A stretch of DNA of 63,476 nucleotides, the filler included, from an uncultured bacterium (GTDB lineage Bacteria > Latescibacterota > UBA2968): NCBI GenBank assembly GCA_964471275.1. It is 5 parts of 5 records of this genome, joined end to end, with 100 filler letters (N's around TTAATTAATTAA, not from the genome) between each part and the next. Parts side by side here need not be neighbours in the genome. Positions count along the whole stretch, not along the records: positions 52,369 to 63,476 come from CAYYGZ010000159.1; 4 more parts are not named here. One strand, written 5' to 3'. The notes beneath the pieces are model-generated. The model was not told where the DNA came from, did not search any database, and saw nothing but the letters and a program-made list of their open reading frames with translations. Below are positions 62,004-63,476 of this stretch, one piece after another. The stretch's first letter is position 1; each line of letters starts with the position of its first letter. The translations under genes were made by a program, and so were the position numbers.

Positions 62004-63122
62004 TCAGTGATGGGCAACGGGAGTACGATCGTCAGGACGCCCGTGCCTGGCTGTGTTCGAGCTCTCGACATCACTGAAATCGACGCCTTCGTTCGGTCGC
62101 AGCACGATCTTGCAGGCTTCGCCGCGTTCGAGATCGCTGAACGCATCAACGACGTCATCAAACCCGACCTCGCGCGTGATCAGAGGACGCAGGTCCACCA
62201 CTCCCCCTTCCAGCAGCCACCGGGTCTTGAACCACGTGTCCCAGATCCGCCGACCATTGATCGCAAAGACGGTCAGGTTCTTGAAGATCATGTTCTGCGC
62301 GATGTCTACCTCGACTGGATCCGATGGGATCCCAAACAAGGTCATTCGTCCGCCGTTCCGGACCGCCATGAAGGCGCTTGTGATCGCTGGCGCCGCTCCG
62401 CTCATCTCCAGCACGATATCCACGGGATAGCCCTCGTTCGCCTCCCGCATCCACGCACTCGAATCCGGTCCTGAAAGATCGAACACGTCATTTGCGCCCA
62501 TCTGTTTCGCAAGATCCAGACGATGTTGCACCGGATCGATCGCGAACACGGCTGAGGCCCCGGAGGCCTTCGCGATACCGATGCTGAACAGACCGATAGG
62601 CCCACACCCGAACACACCGACGGTCTGACCCGCGAGGTCGTGCGATAGGGTGGCGAGAACGGCGTTCCCGAACGGCTCCTGCAGCGTCGCGATCTCGGCC
62701 GGAAGCTTGGTGCGATCATTCTGCCAGATAACTGATTCAGGCACGGCGACGTACTCTGCAAAGACACCATTCCGGTCGACACCCAGGATTTGCGTTTCCG
62801 GGCACATATGCGCCTGACCGGTTCGACACTGGTAGCAGTGTCCACAGGTAACGTGTGACTCGGCCGACACGAAATCGCCGATGTGAACCTGGGAGGTGAG
62901 ATCACCGACCTCGACCACGGTTCCGGCAAACTCGTGACCCAGCGTCACAGGCGACCGAATCCTTTGACTGCTCCAGGCGTCCCAATGCCAGATATGGAGG
63001 TCTGTGCCGCAAATGCTGGCAGCTTCGACGCGAACCAGACAGTCCCTCGGACCAATCATAGGTTTGGGGATCTCGACAGCCTCGAGTCCGGGTCCGGCCG
63101 CAATCTTGCGCAAGGCTTTCAT
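62004..63122 (-). CDS. tdh: L-threonine 3-dehydrogenase
   Basis: ICGTDLHI..WD.W, GHE, AESH..CGHCYQC, EP.GNAV, LEMSG and GR..W.TW motifs. Confidence 0.9.
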   Translation of the reverse strand: MKALRKIAAGPGLEAVEIPKPMIGPRDCLVRVEAASICGTDLHIWHWDAWSSQRIRSPVTLGHEFAGTVVEVGDLTSQVHIGDFVSAESHVTCGHCYQCRTGQAHMCPETQILGVDRNGVFAEYVAVPESVIWQNDRTKLPAEIATLQEPFGNAVLATLSHDLAGQTVGVFGCGPIGLFSIGIAKASGASAVFAIDPVQHRLDLAKQMGANDVFDLSGPDSSAWMREANEGYPVDIVLEMSGAAPAITSAFMAVRNGGRMTLFGIPSDPVEVDIAQNMIFKNLTVFAINGRRIWDTWFKTRWLLEGGVVDLRPLITREVGFDDVVDAFSDLERGEACKIVLRPNEGVDFSDVESSNTARHGRPDDRTPVAHH

Positions 63123-63311
63123 TTTGATCTCTCCGTGGACAAGTTCCTGAGGACGCTTCTAATCAATACACAGAATTTATTCTTTATATTGAACTTTTCT
63201 TTCGCATTGCTGCCCGAAAGCGCTCACGATGCCGGTTGACTCCACCCACCCCATTGGTTACTGTTTTGTAGATTTCTTGTTGGTTTTATTGAAATTAGGA
63301 GCATTTCTCAG

Positions 63312-63476
63312 GTGACGACTTTCCTTGGCATCATCCCGATTCTGGCCTTGCTGGTCAACGCGACCGGTGTGGCTTCCGCTCAGACGGTCCATAAATCGGG
63401 ACTGGTCATGCTTACGGAGCCCTCCGGGGCCAGATCAGCAGCCATGGCAGGAGCGATTGTCTCCATAAATGACGAT
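63312..63476 (+). CDS. PorV/PorQ-like outer-membrane protein N-terminus, cut by the window edge
   Basis: AGGAG RBS, signal peptide, L....GARSAAMAGA..S..DD motif. Confidence 0.6.
   Translation, partial: MTTFLGIIPILALLVNATGVASAQTVHKSGLVMLTEPSGARSAAMAGAIVSINDD

Noticed and set aside
1..63476. CRISPR arrays, cas genes, reverse transcriptases, rRNA, intact prophage or defence genes
   Set aside because: None seen by eye

Overview
This window is five pieces of about 11-13 kb from a roughly 60% GC bacterial draft genome or MAG. They are joined by artificial N-TTAATTAATTAA-N linkers at 13047, 26158, 39250 and 52269, so adjacency across a linker is not biological. The gene content (EF-hand dockerin-like tail, PorV-like protein, GWxTD and DUF6785-like proteins, many sulfatases and PhyH proteins) suggests an FCB-group organism, probably Latescibacterota-like (inference). 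Housekeeping genes: dxs, gltX with tRNA-Ser/Ser/Gln, acpS, nnr, split carB, pyrK-pyrD, uvrB, nadC, selD, nfo and tdh. Accessory genes: an AKR-DUF6599-DUF362-4Fe-4S operon, and sulfated-glycan enzymes including two heparinase II/III-type lyases. Main signals not in the ORF track: (1) a 327/328-bp CTAG-bounded foldback element present twice, plus a stand-alone copy of its REP-like core; (2) a structured non-coding region upstream of dxs with a duplicated motif; (3) selD read through an in-frame UGA with an adjacent SECIS hairpin; (4) a probable ATA start for pyrK. Notable protein-level candidates are a GWxTD-TPR protein coupled to a GT-C-TPR glycosyltransferase, and two non-canonical TonB_C proteins. 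All family calls come from motif recognition by eye, not database searches.
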